Shown one piece after another: positions 33,724 through 44,897 of a DNA stretch of 64,000 nt. The stretch is from an uncultured Acidobacteriota bacterium (GTDB taxonomy: Bacteria; Acidobacteriota; UBA6911). The stretch lies in the NCBI GenBank assembly GCA_963843575.1, contig CAWJKZ010000014.1:876541-940540 (forward strand). The letters run 5' to 3'. How positions within the stretch are numbered: position 1 is the stretch's first letter; each line of letters opens with the position of its first letter. The notes under the pieces were generated by a model, which was not told where the DNA came from, ran no database searches, and was given only the letters and a program-made list of their open reading frames with translations. A program made the position numbers and the translations under genes.

Positions 33724-36700
33724 GTGTCCCTGACGATGCTGACACGCGACCTCATCGTCCTGCGCGGCCGGCCCGTTCTGCCCGAGCCGCTAGAGGCGGT
33801 CGCGGAGGACGTCCGCCGCTCGTTTGTCTTCACCAACGATGCCGGTCGTGTGTGCACCCGGATCCTCGAGCGGGCCTCCGGCGCTGGATCGCAGAACCGG
33901 CCGCTGCTGCTTACTGGCCTGCCCGGATCCGGCAAGACCCACATCCTGCGTTACGTCGAACTCCTGCTGGCCGAGCCGCAGGGCCCCGCCTGGGAGGACC
34001 CGTCCCCTGTCCTGCGGCAGGCACCCAGGCCCGTCAAACCGATCCGGTCCCTGTTTGTTCCGGTGCCTGCGAGCCCCCACGTCGACCTTGGTGCTTTTCT
34101 TCATGCCCGATTCTCGGCGGAGGAGGCCGCGGCCGCCCCGTCCGGAGGGCAGACCCGCACCGCAGCGGAGCTGGCGAACTTCCTCGAAACGTTTGCGTCG
34201 CGCCTCGCGGCACGAGGCGTCGGGATGGTCGTCCTGGAGAACGTGTCCCGGAGGATCCGGGAGTCCCGGGACGCCGCGATCCTCGAGCGCGACCTCGAGC
34301 ACTACGGCGCCGTCGCCCGCGGCTTTTCCCGAGGCGGCGTCCTGCTGGTGATGGTGATCGACGAGGCTCACGTCCGGCGACGTCCGGGTTCGCGCCCGCT
34401 CCTGTCGTCGCTCCGGGAGCTGTGCGAGCCCCTGACGGTGAGCCGGAACAACCTGCTGCAGGTCATCGCCGCCACGGCCGTCAAGAACCCGACGCAACGC
34501 GTCGAGATCCGGAGGATCCTGGACGGCCTGCGCGCCGGGTTTCCGTCGTTCGGCCAGAATGCGGACGATTTCATCGACCTCTATCCACTCCACGCCTCGG
34601 TGTTCGACACCCTGTTCCGGCTGCGAGCTCTCATCCCCGGGTTCTCTCCCCTGCATTTTACCTACACCGCGTTGAAGGCGCGCCTGGACTCGCCCGCCTC
34701 CGGGATGATCACCGTGGACAGGTTTTTCGGCCTGGTCGAGCCCGAATTGAGACGGGCCGACAGGGCCCGGGGCGCGCTGGCGGGCTATGACGAGTGCATG
34801 AGGCGCCTGGTGCCGCGGCTCGGCGCTCCCCTGCGCCCGGCGGCAGCAGCCCTGGTGAAAGCCCTTGCGCTCGGCAGCGCCTGTTCCCGCAAGGGGACGT
34901 CGGTCCGGGCCCTGGCCCACCAGTGCCTGCTGGAAGACCCGACCGGCGCCCTTTCGGGCTACACCCTGGCTGCGGCGATCCTGGCCCAACTGGAAGAAAC
35001 GGAAGACACCGCGCTGGCCGGCGCGGGAGAACGGCTGGAACGAACCTACCGTTTCCGCTCGCAGCCCTCCCCGGAGTCCGCCGGGCCCGATGGCCGGGCC
35101 ACGCCCGCCGAACGGTTGAGCGCGAGCTTCCCCCTGATGTTGTTCGACTGGATCCAATTCGAGATCCCCGGCTGGAATCCCGGGGTGGGCGTGAAGCCCT
35201 TCAAAGGGCCGGAGTCGTGGAAGGTGCCGCTGCCTGAATTCGAGCCCGCCGTCAGCGGGATGGTCTGCTTCAAGGGTCCCGACGACCCGCTCTGGTCCGA
35301 CCGCGACATCGCCGGGTTGCGGGCCGGGAAAGCGTCGTGGGCGCTGCTGGTGCTCAGCCCGTTCGAGCGCTCGAGGGACCTCGAGCATCACCTGGCCCAA
35401 CTCGCGGGCCGCTGGGACCGCCTGCTGATCTGGGAGCCCGCGGCCCCGACTCCGCACGAATTGCGGCGTCTGCAGAGGGCCGCGCCCGCCTACCCGTTGC
35501 CGCCCCGCGCTTCGGCGGGACGTGCGAGGGCGAAGGCGACGGCGCGCCGGACGCTCGGCTCGCTCTACGTGTCCAGGGGCACGTTCCGGAACGCCTCGGA
35601 CCGATGGCCGATTGCCGAGGAAGTCTCCGCCTCCAACCTCGCGCTGTGTCTTTCCAGGAATCTCGCCTCGCTGCTCGGGACGGACGTCTCGGTTCTCGCC
35701 GGCTCCGTGGCCGCACCCGGCACGGACGGGCAGGGCCCCGGGCCCGAGGCACGTTGGGCGGCGCTCATGCCGGGGCCCGCGGGCGCACCGAACGGGAAAT
35801 ACGCCGAGCAGGACCTGCTCGCGTGGTGGGCGGCCCGGCTGGAGGTCGACTGCCCGGCGCTGGTTGCGAAACTGCACGCGCTCCCCGAAGGCATGCTGAC
35901 CACCAGGATGTGGGACGAGATCCGTGTCTTTGAAGGCTCGCTCGGCCTGATGCGATCGGTGTTTCAGCGGCTGCGCATGGGGGAGATCTCGCTCCTGGAC
36001 GCGCTCCGGCAGGTTGCGCATCACTTCGGAAACGACGAGGCGCGCGTCGCCCGCTGGCGCGCGTCCCTCGACGGCCTCGCGGCGCTCGCCCGCTGGGTCC
36101 CTGCCTACGAGCACGCACACGATTATCTCTCGGCCGCACTCGGAACGGGCAGCAGCGTCATCGACGGGAAGCGGAACACCCTGCTCGATTGCGCCCGCCA
36201 GCCACACGACTTCCTACAGTCGAACCGGCGTGACCTGTTTGACGCGGAGTTCCTCGATTTCAAGAGGGAATACATCGAGGCCTACGCGGCCGCGCACCAG
36301 GATGCGCTCGGGCGCCTGCACGCGAAAATCGACTCGACCTCGCTCCGCACCCTCGAATTGCTCTCCGGCCTCCCCGGCGCCGACGCGACGAACTGGCATA
36401 AGGTGAAACTGATCGGGCGCTGGGCCCGGCGAAACCAGTGCGACCTGCCCGCCCGCGAAATCCTCGAACGCTACCCACGCTGCTACTGCAACTTCAATCC
36501 CGCCGTCAGGCAGCACCTGCCCGATCCCGGAAGCCAGATCAACAGGCTCGTCCGCGACGGCATCGAGCAGTTCCGCAAGGCCCTGCGCAACGCGCGCAAG
36601 GTGATCATCGAAGAAGTGGGAAAACTGGAGGAGGAGACGGATGCGAGCCGGCAGATTGCCGCGCTGATCAGCGTTTCCCCCCTGGCCCCCGTCGGGCCCG

Positions 36701-36789
36701 AGTGCATCGAGATCCTCGCGCGCATCATCCAGGACCACCCCGAACCGTTTTCCCGGGACTTCTCCGCCACCCGGCCGGCGTCGCTGTGA
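33724..36789 (+). CDS. DUF6079-like (BREX BrxC/PglY-related) large P-loop protein
   Basis: GLPGSGKTH Walker A, FIDLYPLH, C-terminal C..CYCNFNP; AAGGAGG RBS overlapping the PBP stop. Confidence 0.6.
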   Translation: MSLTMLTRDLIVLRGRPVLPEPLEAVAEDVRRSFVFTNDAGRVCTRILERASGAGSQNRPLLLTGLPGSGKTHILRYVELLLAEPQGPAWEDPSPVLRQAPRPVKPIRSLFVPVPASPHVDLGAFLHARFSAEEAAAAPSGGQTRTAAELANFLETFASRLAARGVGMVVLENVSRRIRESRDAAILERDLEHYGAVARGFSRGGVLLVMVIDEAHVRRRPGSRPLLSSLRELCEPLTVSRNNLLQVIAATAVKNPTQRVEIRRILDGLRAGFPSFGQNADDFIDLYPLHASVFDTLFRLRALIPGFSPLHFTYTALKARLDSPASGMITVDRFFGLVEPELRRADRARGALAGYDECMRRLVPRLGAPLRPAAAALVKALALGSACSRKGTSVRALAHQCLLEDPTGALSGYTLAAAILAQLEETEDTALAGAGERLERTYRFRSQPSPESAGPDGRATPAERLSASFPLMLFDWIQFEIPGWNPGVGVKPFKGPESWKVPLPEFEPAVSGMVCFKGPDDPLWSDRDIAGLRAGKASWALLVLSPFERSRDLEHHLAQLAGRWDRLLIWEPAAPTPHELRRLQRAAPAYPLPPRASAGRARAKATARRTLGSLYVSRGTFRNASDRWPIAEEVSASNLALCLSRNLASLLGTDVSVLAGSVAAPGTDGQGPGPEARWAALMPGPAGAPNGKYAEQDLLAWWAARLEVDCPALVAKLHALPEGMLTTRMWDEIRVFEGSLGLMRSVFQRLRMGEISLLDALRQVAHHFGNDEARVARWRASLDGLAALARWVPAYEHAHDYLSAALGTGSSVIDGKRNTLLDCARQPHDFLQSNRRDLFDAEFLDFKREYIEAYAAAHQDALGRLHAKIDSTSLRTLELLSGLPGADATNWHKVKLIGRWARRNQCDLPAREILERYPRCYCNFNPAVRQHLPDPGSQINRLVRDGIEQFRKALRNARKVIIEEVGKLEEETDASRQIAALISVSPLAPVGPECIEILARIIQDHPEPFSRDFSATRPASL

Positions 36790-36853
36790 ACCTCGGGCCG
36801 CAGGAAGCGTCTCAGCGCCGCCCCGCGCATGGGGGTCAGGTGCGACCGACCGG

Positions 36854-37591
36854 CTAGCAGAAGGGCTGCAGGCACCTTGCCATGCGGACCAAGTCCGCCG
36901 GGAAGCGCAGTCCGCTTTCGAGCCGCTCGGCTTCATCGACCAGGCTTGGCCGTTCGGCGCACATGGGGGCGAACGCCACCGCGTTGTGTGAACGCCGACC
37001 ATGCAGGACCGACACCGGACCCACAACGGCCTGAATGGTCGAAAGCAGCGTCCGGTATCCCGCCTTGTCGCCGGTCATGCAGTTGACGGCCAACACTCCG
37101 CGTTCCGAGAGGCGGCACCGGACGTCCCCGAAGAACTCGCGCGAGGTGCACTGGGCCGGCATCGTTTCGCCCATGTAGGCATCGAGCACGATGATGTCGT
37201 ACCGGGTCTGGCAGCGCGCCAGGTAAGCCGCCGCGTCCTCGAGGTGGACGAGGAGATCCTGGAACTCCCCCATGCCGAAGAACCTGCGGGCCACCTCCAG
37301 GACCACCGGGTCGATCTCCACGGCATCGATGCGCAGGCCGGGTTTCGCCGCCAGCAGCATGCGGGGTATGGAGCCGCCGCCGAGCCCGAGTACCAGGGCC
37401 GACTGCGCCGCGGGGCTGAAGGCAAGAGCCAGGAGCGTGTTGCGCGCGTACTCGAGACCGGGCTGGTGCGGGGCGCCCAGATCCAGCACGGTGTGGCGCA
37501 CGCCGTTCGGGGACCACAGGGTCACCACGGTCCCGTCCCGGGTGACCACCAGGTCGTGCACCAGTCCCTTGACGCGATGGAGCGTTTTCAT
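36854..37591 (-). CDS. Spermidine synthase-like SAM-dependent methyltransferase
   Basis: LVLGLGGG, AVEIDP, EDAAAY, YDIIVLDAY, GVLAVN. Confidence 0.8.
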   Translation of the reverse strand: MKTLHRVKGLVHDLVVTRDGTVVTLWSPNGVRHTVLDLGAPHQPGLEYARNTLLALAFSPAAQSALVLGLGGGSIPRMLLAAKPGLRIDAVEIDPVVLEVARRFFGMGEFQDLLVHLEDAAAYLARCQTRYDIIVLDAYMGETMPAQCTSREFFGDVRCRLSERGVLAVNCMTGDKAGYRTLLSTIQAVVGPVSVLHGRRSHNAVAFAPMCAERPSLVDEAERLESGLRFPADLVRMARCLQPFC

Positions 37592-38043
37592 CGGCTTCTC
37601 CAGATCGTACCTTTTTGGGGTCTTCTTGTCCTCTATCGCGTATTGCCCAGTTCGTTTTCGCAGATCGAAGGTTGGCGATCTGCCGGCCACGTGCCGGCGA
37701 TGAGCGTGGCCGTGCCGCGCACCCGCTCGGAACGGGCGGCGAACATCGGGCGCGAGGCATCGCATGGACGATGCCGCACAAGCCGCCGGGGACGAACGAC
37801 AGGGCTGCGTTCCAAGGACCGTCACTATCACGCACAAAAGATGAGTACTCGTGTTTATAAATATGCTGACGTCGCCAACGGCGCTGATCGCCATGCTGGT
37901 CTTGGAAAGCCGCACCCGTCTGCCATTCGAGGAGGCTTTGCGCGTGCGCGCCGGCGACGGCTTCGCTACATGCTTGCCAACTCCGCGCCAGCCAGATAAT
38001 ATCCGGCGAGAGAGGATCACCTATGACTCACTCCCTAACTGGA

Positions 38044-38644
38044 ATGAAGGTTTTGGTGGCGCTGGCGCTCTGCGTGTTTGCGGGTACGGTCCGCGGGGGG
38101 GAGCCGCAGGGCGATTGGAAGCCGCTGATGGACGGCAAGACACTTGCCGGCTGGCATCCGGTGGGCGATGGCAAGTGGACGGTCGAGGACGGGGCCTTTC
38201 GTCGGGCGGGCCAACAACGAGAAGCTGTACGGGTTGTTGGTCAGCGACAAGATGTTCCGGGACTTCACCGTGCGGTTCAAGTTCAAGTGCCTCTCGGGCG
38301 ACAGCGGATTCTACATCCGCACGATCATCAAGGAACCGGAAAAGGCGAACGGGCTACAGGTGCAGGTCGGCCGAGTCAAGAGCGGTGTGGGCGGGATCTA
38401 CGAGAGTTACGGGCGAGCCTGGATCAGCAAGCCGTCGGACGAACTCGAGAAGTCCTATACCAGGGATGACCAATGGAACGAGATGGTCATCGACGCGCAC
38501 GGCGGAAACGTGGTGGTCCAGGTGAACGGCATCAAGAGCGCCGAGTTGAAAGACGACCCCAGCCGGCCCGAAGGCCACTTCGCGCTGCAAATGCACTCGG
38601 GCACCGTGATGCACGTCCTGTTTAAAGACATCGAAATCAAGTAG
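38044..38644 (+). CDS. DUF1080 family protein (frameshift near 38200)
   Basis: Signal peptide, WKPLMDGKTLAGW, GDSG, WNEMVI, ALQMHSG, FKDIEIK. Confidence 0.8.
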
Positions 38645-38656
38645 GACATCACCCGC

Positions 38657-40513
38657 TTAGGGTCCGGGAAGGGCGAACACCACCACGGAAGTGCCCGCCG
38701 CTGTGCCGATGAACTGCCTGCCGCGGGCACTGTAGGTCATCGGCGACGATTTCCACGACTGGTTCGCCCGGAATGCCCAGCGAGGGGCGCCGGTGCGTGC
38801 ATCCACGGCCACAAAGTCCCCGTTGTCATGGCCGAAAAATAGGAGGCCGCCAGCCGTGGCCAGTGCTCCGCTCCAGGTGCGAGCGGGCCCCTCCATGGGT
38901 AGTTCCCACGCAATCCTGCCGGTCTGAAGTTCGATCGCCCGCATCACTTTCCGGCTGCTCTCGCCGGGCACCTTTTTCGAATCGCCGCCATAGTACGACT
39001 GTCCCGCCGCCCATACGGCTGCGGACTTGCGGGTGATGCTGCAGCCTTCCAGGGCCATCACGTAGTAGAGACCAGTCCCGGGATCATAGGCATGCGACAT
39101 CCAGTTGGTCGCACCCTCGACAGGCGGACAGACCTTCGTGCCTTCTGCCGACGGTTCCACGCCGGGCACAAGCACGGGACGGCCCGAAGCGTCGATCTTC
39201 GTCGCCCAGTTCAGTTTGTTCACAAACGGCTCGGCACGAAGCGGCTTCCCGTTCGTCCGGTCCAGCACGTAGAAGAACCCATTGCGGTTCGCCTGCACCA
39301 GCAGTTTGCGCGATCTGCCTTGCCAGTTCGCGTCGAGCACCATCGGGGTCTGCTGCGCATCCCAGTCCCAGAGGTCGTGCGGCGTGAACTGGAAGTACCA
39401 GCGCAGCTTGCCCGTCGCCCGCTCCAGAGCCAGCACTGAATCCGAGTAGAGATTGTCCCCCTGGCGCTCCTCGCCATTGAAGTCGGGGCAAGGGTTTCCG
39501 GTCGGCCAGAAGACGAGGTCCAGTTCCGGGTCGAAGGTGCCGGTCAGCCAGGTAGAGGCGCAGCCGTGCTCCAGCGCTTTTCCCTGCCATGTCTCCGAAA
39601 GCGGCTCGCCCGGCTTGGGGATGGTCCAGAATTTCCAGACCGGCTCGCCGGTCGCCGCCTGGTAGGCGGCTACGAACCCGCGCACGCCCTCATCGCCGCC
39701 TGACACTCCCGTGATTACCAGGTCGCCCACCACCAGGGGCGCCGAGGTCACGCCGTAGTTCTGCCGCCAGTCCGCAATCTCGATCTCCCAGCGGATGCGT
39801 CCGGACTCCCGGTCCAGCGCAAGGAGGTGGGCGTTGTCCGTCGCGAGAAAGACGCTGTCTCCCAGGACTGCCACGCCTCGATTGATGCCGCCGCCGGCGT
39901 CACCGGCGACTCCTTCCGTCCGGTTGCGACGAAAATGCCAGATCTGCCGCCCCGTTTCCGCATCGAGGGCGAAAGCCTCGTTCGGCCCCGTTATAAACAT
40001 CGTCCCGTCGAAGACCACCGGCGTCGTCTCCAGGCGCGCGGAGCCTGGGATCGGGAACATCCACTCCATCCGCAACCGTCGCACGTTCGTGAGATTGATC
40101 TGCCGCAGCGGGCTGTAACGGTTCCCACTCGGGACGCCGTTGTAGTTCGGCCAGGAACCCTCGGGGGGAGCCGCAAGCTCCGCGGCCGTCGGCCCACGGC
40201 TCTTCATAGGGGCTTGAGCCGGCGTCACGCGCTGAGCGATGCTGCGCAGGTAGGCCACCACCACGTCGACCTGTGGATTCGTCATACGCGTGCCCGGCAT
40301 TCCCCCGCCGGGTAGCCCATTGCGGATCAGCCCGGGTAGGTCAGTGCGGCTTTCCAGATTACTCGCCGTGATGTCCGGACCACGCTCACCACCCCTTCCA
40401 TCGGCCCCGTGGCAGGACGCGCAGTGCCGGCTGAACAAACGGCGCCCCTCCTCAATTCCACCGACTTGCGCGAAGGCCATGCCGGTCACCATCAACGCAA
40501 TGACCAAACTCAT
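38657..40513 (-). CDS. PQQ-dependent dehydrogenase family protein with N-terminal cytochrome c
   Basis: CASCH heme motif; RYSPLRQIN, ETTPVV, Trp-docking repeats, TPHDLWDWD, NRNGFFY. Confidence 0.88.
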   Translation of the reverse strand: MSLVIALMVTGMAFAQVGGIEEGRRLFSRHCASCHGADGRGGERGPDITASNLESRTDLPGLIRNGLPGGGMPGTRMTNPQVDVVVAYLRSIAQRVTPAQAPMKSRGPTAAELAAPPEGSWPNYNGVPSGNRYSPLRQINLTNVRRLRMEWMFPIPGSARLETTPVVFDGTMFITGPNEAFALDAETGRQIWHFRRNRTEGVAGDAGGGINRGVAVLGDSVFLATDNAHLLALDRESGRIRWEIEIADWRQNYGVTSAPLVVGDLVITGVSGGDEGVRGFVAAYQAATGEPVWKFWTIPKPGEPLSETWQGKALEHGCASTWLTGTFDPELDLVFWPTGNPCPDFNGEERQGDNLYSDSVLALERATGKLRWYFQFTPHDLWDWDAQQTPMVLDANWQGRSRKLLVQANRNGFFYVLDRTNGKPLRAEPFVNKLNWATKIDASGRPVLVPGVEPSAEGTKVCPPVEGATNWMSHAYDPGTGLYYVMALEGCSITRKSAAVWAAGQSYYGGDSKKVPGESSRKVMRAIELQTGRIAWELPMEGPARTWSGALATAGGLLFFGHDNGDFVAVDARTGAPRWAFRANQSWKSSPMTYSARGRQFIGTAAGTSVVVFALPGP

Positions 40514-41084
40514 CGATCCCCCTGTGACCCCGAAGGGTTGAAAGCCTGCCCCGCGCAATCTGGAATGCGGCGACTCGCCTGACTATACGCATCTTCACCA
40601 GAACACACCGAACGGCATGGTCGGACCCGCAACGGCGGCGCCGAGCCGCCGCACTTTAGACAAGCTGACAGCTCGGTGCGGGCGGCTGGCACCCTGTCTT
40701 CCCAATTGGGTTGCGGTCCAGGCCGCCCCGTGCGATTCCAACCACTGGTGAACGAAAATAGCTTCGGCACTAAAGTGGTCTCCGCGCGTTGGTCTGGATT
40801 CGTGACCATGCAGTTTTCGCATAGGTCAGAAGATTATACCCTCACGCCAGAACCATTCTTGAGAGAAGTAGTCCCCAACAGTTCCGGACCGGGTGCACCC
40901 TCCGGCACCACCCTGCCCTGCTCGTCCTCGATTAACGAAGGAGAGCGGCGCGTCAGCCGCTTCAACCATTCCTGAGCAGGTCATTTTCCCGAAGCCCTGA
41001 TGTGGGAAATATCCCCGGGCATTCCTACCGTCGGGACTCCTTCTACTTTACATCGACGCTGCCCTCAATTTCTAATATGCAATC

Positions 41085-41523
41085 ATGAATGATGCGACCA
41101 TCGTTGTGGCGGGCGTCACTGGTCATCTCGGCGGACGCATCATTCGGGCTTTGCTCGAACGGGGAGCCGCCGTCAGAGCGCGCTGGTTCGCCGCGGCACT
41201 GTCCCAGACAAGCTTCAGCGGCACCAGCAGATCGGTGTCACGATTGCCACCGTCGACTTCGGCAGCGTTCCCCAGGTTACAGACGCCTGCTCGTCTGCGT
41301 GCTGCGTGGTATCCGCGCTGCAGGGTTGCGGGACGTGATGCTGGAAAGGCAGACGGTTCTGCTCGAGGCTGCGATCAAGGCCGGCATTCCACGTTTCATC
41401 CCGTCCGACTACTCGATCGACTTCACGAAGTTTCCACCCGGCGAGAATCGCGGGCCCCTTTGGATGTCCGCAGCAAAGTTCTTGATGATGATGGATCCCC
41501 AAGACATCGGCAACAGGCGATAG
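41085..41523 (+). pseudogene. NmrA-like NAD(P)-binding protein remnant
   Basis: VVAGVTGHLGG then RFIPSDYSIDF in another frame; truncated. Confidence 0.65.
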
Positions 41524-41727
41524 ATGCGCGCGTCTTGGGATTTGAGTTCGACAAAAGCTTCATGGCTGCGGAAAGTCTGCTCGCAGCGTGCAGCCGCAGT
41601 CCAACAGGGCTGCTCGCGATCCAATCACTTATGAGTCACGGATAAAATCTGCGCCGCAAACGAATTTCGTTTTGCTAGACCAAACCGACTGAAGTGATAT
41701 CCTGTTCGCCGACTGGAGGAAACAACT

Positions 41728-43080
41728 ATGAAGATAGCAGAACAACCGATCGAGACCACATCCACCAACCGTCGCGGTTTTCTAAGGACATCAGCCACCG
41801 TGGCCGGCACCGCATTGATCGGCGCGCTGGACGTCGGCCGCTTCGCCCACGCGGCGGAGAGCAGCACCATCAAGCTCGGCCTCATCGGCTGCGGCGGACG
41901 CGGCACCGGCGCCGCCGGCGACGCGCTGACGGGCGACCCGGGCACCAAGCTCTGGGCCGTCGCCGACATCTTCGCCGGACAAGATCGAGACCGCCATCAA
42001 GACGCTGACTGCCGATGTTCCCGGACCGGATTCAGGTTCCCGCGAGAGCGACAGTTCACCGGACTGAACGGCTATCGCGGCGTCATCGAAAACTGCGACG
42101 TCGTGCTGATCGCCTGCGCCTCGCGCTTCCACCCGGAATATGCGCTGGCGGCCGTGCAGGCGAAGAAGCACGTGTTCGTCGAGAAACCCGCCGGAGTGGA
42201 TGTCGCCGGCATCCGCAAGATTCTGGAGGCCGACGAACTGTCCAAGAAGAACGGCACGGGCGTGCTGGCCGGCGTGACCTACCGTTATCACCTCGGCCGG
42301 CGCGAGGCGGTCCAGCGCATGCAGGCGGGCGAGATCGGCGACATCGTCGCCATCCAGTGCGACTTACCTGCGCGGACCCTACCGGTTGATCGAGCGCCAG
42401 CCGGAATGGAGCGAGATGGAGTACCAGTTCCGCAATTGGTATCACTTCACGTGGCTCTCGCGGCGACGACATCCCCCAGTCGCTCATCCACAATCTCGAC
42501 TCGGCCTTGTGGGCGCTCGGCGACGTGATGCCGGAGGCAGGCCTACGGCATGGGCGGGCGCTCGACGCATTTCCAGGCCTCGATGGGCACCTCGTTCGAC
42601 CATCACCATGTCACGTATGAGTACGCCGACGGCCGCTGCATCTACGGCTCCTGCCGGACCGCGGTCGGCTGTTACGGCTCCAACAAGGACGTGCTTCCAC
42701 GGCACCAAAGGCCGCTGCCACTTCGCGGCCTTCGAGCGCGCCGTATTTCACCGATCTCAAAGGCAACGTCACGTGGCGCGCGGATGCCGCGTTGTCGAAG
42801 AAGTCGCCCTACGAGCAGGAACACCTGGAGTTTCTGCAATCCATCCGCGCGGGCAAACCGTTTCAGCGCGCGAAGGTTCTGGCCGACTCGACCATGGCGA
42901 CCGTGCTGGGCCAAATGGCGGTCTATTCCGGCCAGAAGATTACGTGGAAGGAAGCTCTGGATTCCAAGTTCGCCTTCCCGCCGCCGGGCGAGATCACGAT
43001 GAACACGGAACCGCCGGTGAAGCCCGGGCGCCGACGGCATCTATCCAGTCGCCATCCCCGGCCAAACCAAGCTGGTGTAA
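41728..43080 (+). CDS. Tat-exported Gfo/Idh/MocA oxidoreductase (several frameshifts)
   Basis: NRRGFL Tat motif, GLIGCGGRG, HVFVEKP, YQFRNWY, C-terminal ...IPGQTKLV*. Confidence 0.8.
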
Positions 43081-43319
43081 GAGCTGTGACGGTGAAAAAC
43101 GGAATCATGGGACCGGATTCATAACAAGGGGGTCCGCCCCGACGCTCTCATTCCCTGCTTGAACCAGCCGCCTCACGGAATACCGGCGACTCGCAGGGGT
43201 TGAACCGGAGAGCGGTGTCGGCACGAGCAATGGAGGGTCTCAAACCGGTCGTCCCTGCCAGAAACTCCCTAGAGATTTCGCTCCGGCGCCATTTGGTTTC
43301 TTATCTTGTATTATTACCA

Positions 43320-43602
43320 CGGTACACGAAGGATTCCCCGGACGGCAGGGCCGTGCAACCGCCGGAGATAGGTGAGATCTTTGCGCTTCCCAAAGTAGGC
43401 GGACTTCATCATCGATACGAGCGTAGAGCCGCTTGAAACCATTCGCCGCCTGAAATATTACGCCCGGTGCAACGCCCTCTGCCGGAGATCCGCCAACCTC
43501 TTCCCAACGCAGCAGAATCCCATTAGAGCGTCTGTTGATTTGTGCATCCAAAGCCGCCTCAAACCGGCAGAGACCCCCTAAATCGAGTTTTCAGGAGCCA
43601 CA
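43320..43602 (+). mobile_element. 3' remnant of an integrase-core (IS481/IS3-like) element with its right end
   Basis: KDSPDGRAVQ...LPKVGGLHHRYERRAA* followed by gagttttcaggagccACA terminus. Confidence 0.6.
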
Positions 43603-43736
43603 ACCAGCAGAATAATCAGCGGTTCACGCACACCCCGGCCCTCCGGCACGAATTGCTGGTTACCGGGTTCAAAAAAAGCCTGCTCATATAGGGCGGAGCG
43701 ATTGTCTCTAGCGTCTGGAGCGATTTGCCAAGGCAC

Positions 43737-43931
43737 TCATTTCTTGGGGTCCTTTACGGCGTCCTTCACTTTCTCGCTCGTCTTGTCGATCTGATCTCCG
43801 GCTTTTTCTACTGCCTTATCGACCTTCTTGCCGGCTTTCTCGACCGGGCCCTCTTTCGTGCAACCCGACAGCCCCACCATCAGGACGATCATCATCAACG
43901 CTATGATGATACTTTGAACAAATTGCTTCAT
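43737..43931 (-). CDS. Small lipoprotein, general-stress type (EKAG repeats)
   Basis: Lipobox LSGC, KEGPVEKAGKKVDKAVEKAGDQIDK; GAGAGG RBS. Confidence 0.8.
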   Translation of the reverse strand: MKQFVQSIIIALMMIVLMVGLSGCTKEGPVEKAGKKVDKAVEKAGDQIDKTSEKVKDAVKDPKK

Positions 43932-44349
43932 TTGCATCCTCCTCTCAGTCTGAGGTCTCATCTCAACCATGTGTGCCGGCTTTTCCCAGCTTCCCCTGTC
44001 ATCTCCCTGGCTTGGGTCACGATAGACCGCACCTTTTGCAGGTTCATCCCCGCTATACCTTCTGCCGAATACCGGCGGAAACGCACTCGCCGCCCCACCA
44101 CACGTCGCCTGCGATCCATATTGCGCGGAACATTGCGATGCGGCCCCGTATCACCAGCGACCATTATATAACCACCACAAAGAGAGGGTGTCTGTGCAAT
44201 ATTGCTCAGAGGTATGCTTGATACTGCTCAAAAGGGTCGTCCGCATCCAGGATCTGCCGCCGAGCGGACCTATTATTCGGATATTGCTGGGAACCGCCAG
44301 CCGTGCAGCTTCCCCCATCATCCCCACGGTGCTTCCAATAACCTATAGG

Positions 44350-44392
44350 TGTTCATAAGTGAACAGACGTGTGGCCATAAGTGAACTGACGT
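44350..44392. promoter_or_regulatory. Tandem palindromic operator-like sites
   Basis: cataagtgaac(a/t)gacgt twice at 22-bp period; first copy is the palindrome TGTTCA-TAAG-TGAACA. Confidence 0.5.
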
Positions 44393-44490
44393 CCGTCCCC
44401 GCCACGTCCATAATAGTGCAGATGGGGAAGTGGCGGGACGGTCACAACGACCAGTCCACCGAGTTCCTCCGATGAGTGGTGAGGAAAGAT

Positions 44491-44571
44491 ATGTCAACCT
44501 TATTGATTGTGCTTTTAGTGTTGTTTTTGTTGGGTGGCGGGGGATGGGGCTACTCCCGTTGGCGCGGTTAG
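44491..44571 (+). CDS. DUF3309-like 26-aa membrane peptide (MSTLLIVLLVLFLLGGGGWGYSRWRG)
   Basis: GAGGAAAG RBS; hydrophobic helix plus GGGGWGYSRW; not in the ORF track. Confidence 0.75.
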   Translation: MSTLLIVLLVLFLLGGGGWGYSRWRG

Positions 44572-44897
44572 CGCGCGCTCTCCGGTGAATGCTGCTGAGA
44601 ATAGCACCTTTCTTTCTCAGCACTTTCACCCAGGGAAAATGCTCAGCGGCGAACCCCTGCGATCTTCGACACTCTTGAAAAATAGCCCGGGGTTGATCGC
44701 GACAAATAACCAGCGGCGCCATTTGAAAAAGATTCCATTTGGCGCCGGGTCGGGATTCGTTTCCTTGATTCGCCGGCGGACGTATGAGCGGAACCGGACA
44801 CGGTTCCGCATTGGAGTGGCCCGGCATCTCTTCGGCTCATTAGTTTTCAATATCATGGCTGTGGCCTGAGGTCACTCCATTCGAAGCGGAGAACATC

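Noticed and set aside
31159-36207. Long antisense ORFs (692 aa, 805 aa) and similar shadow ORFs throughout the window
   Set aside because: They mirror well-supported genes in high-GC DNA and show no recognisable motifs
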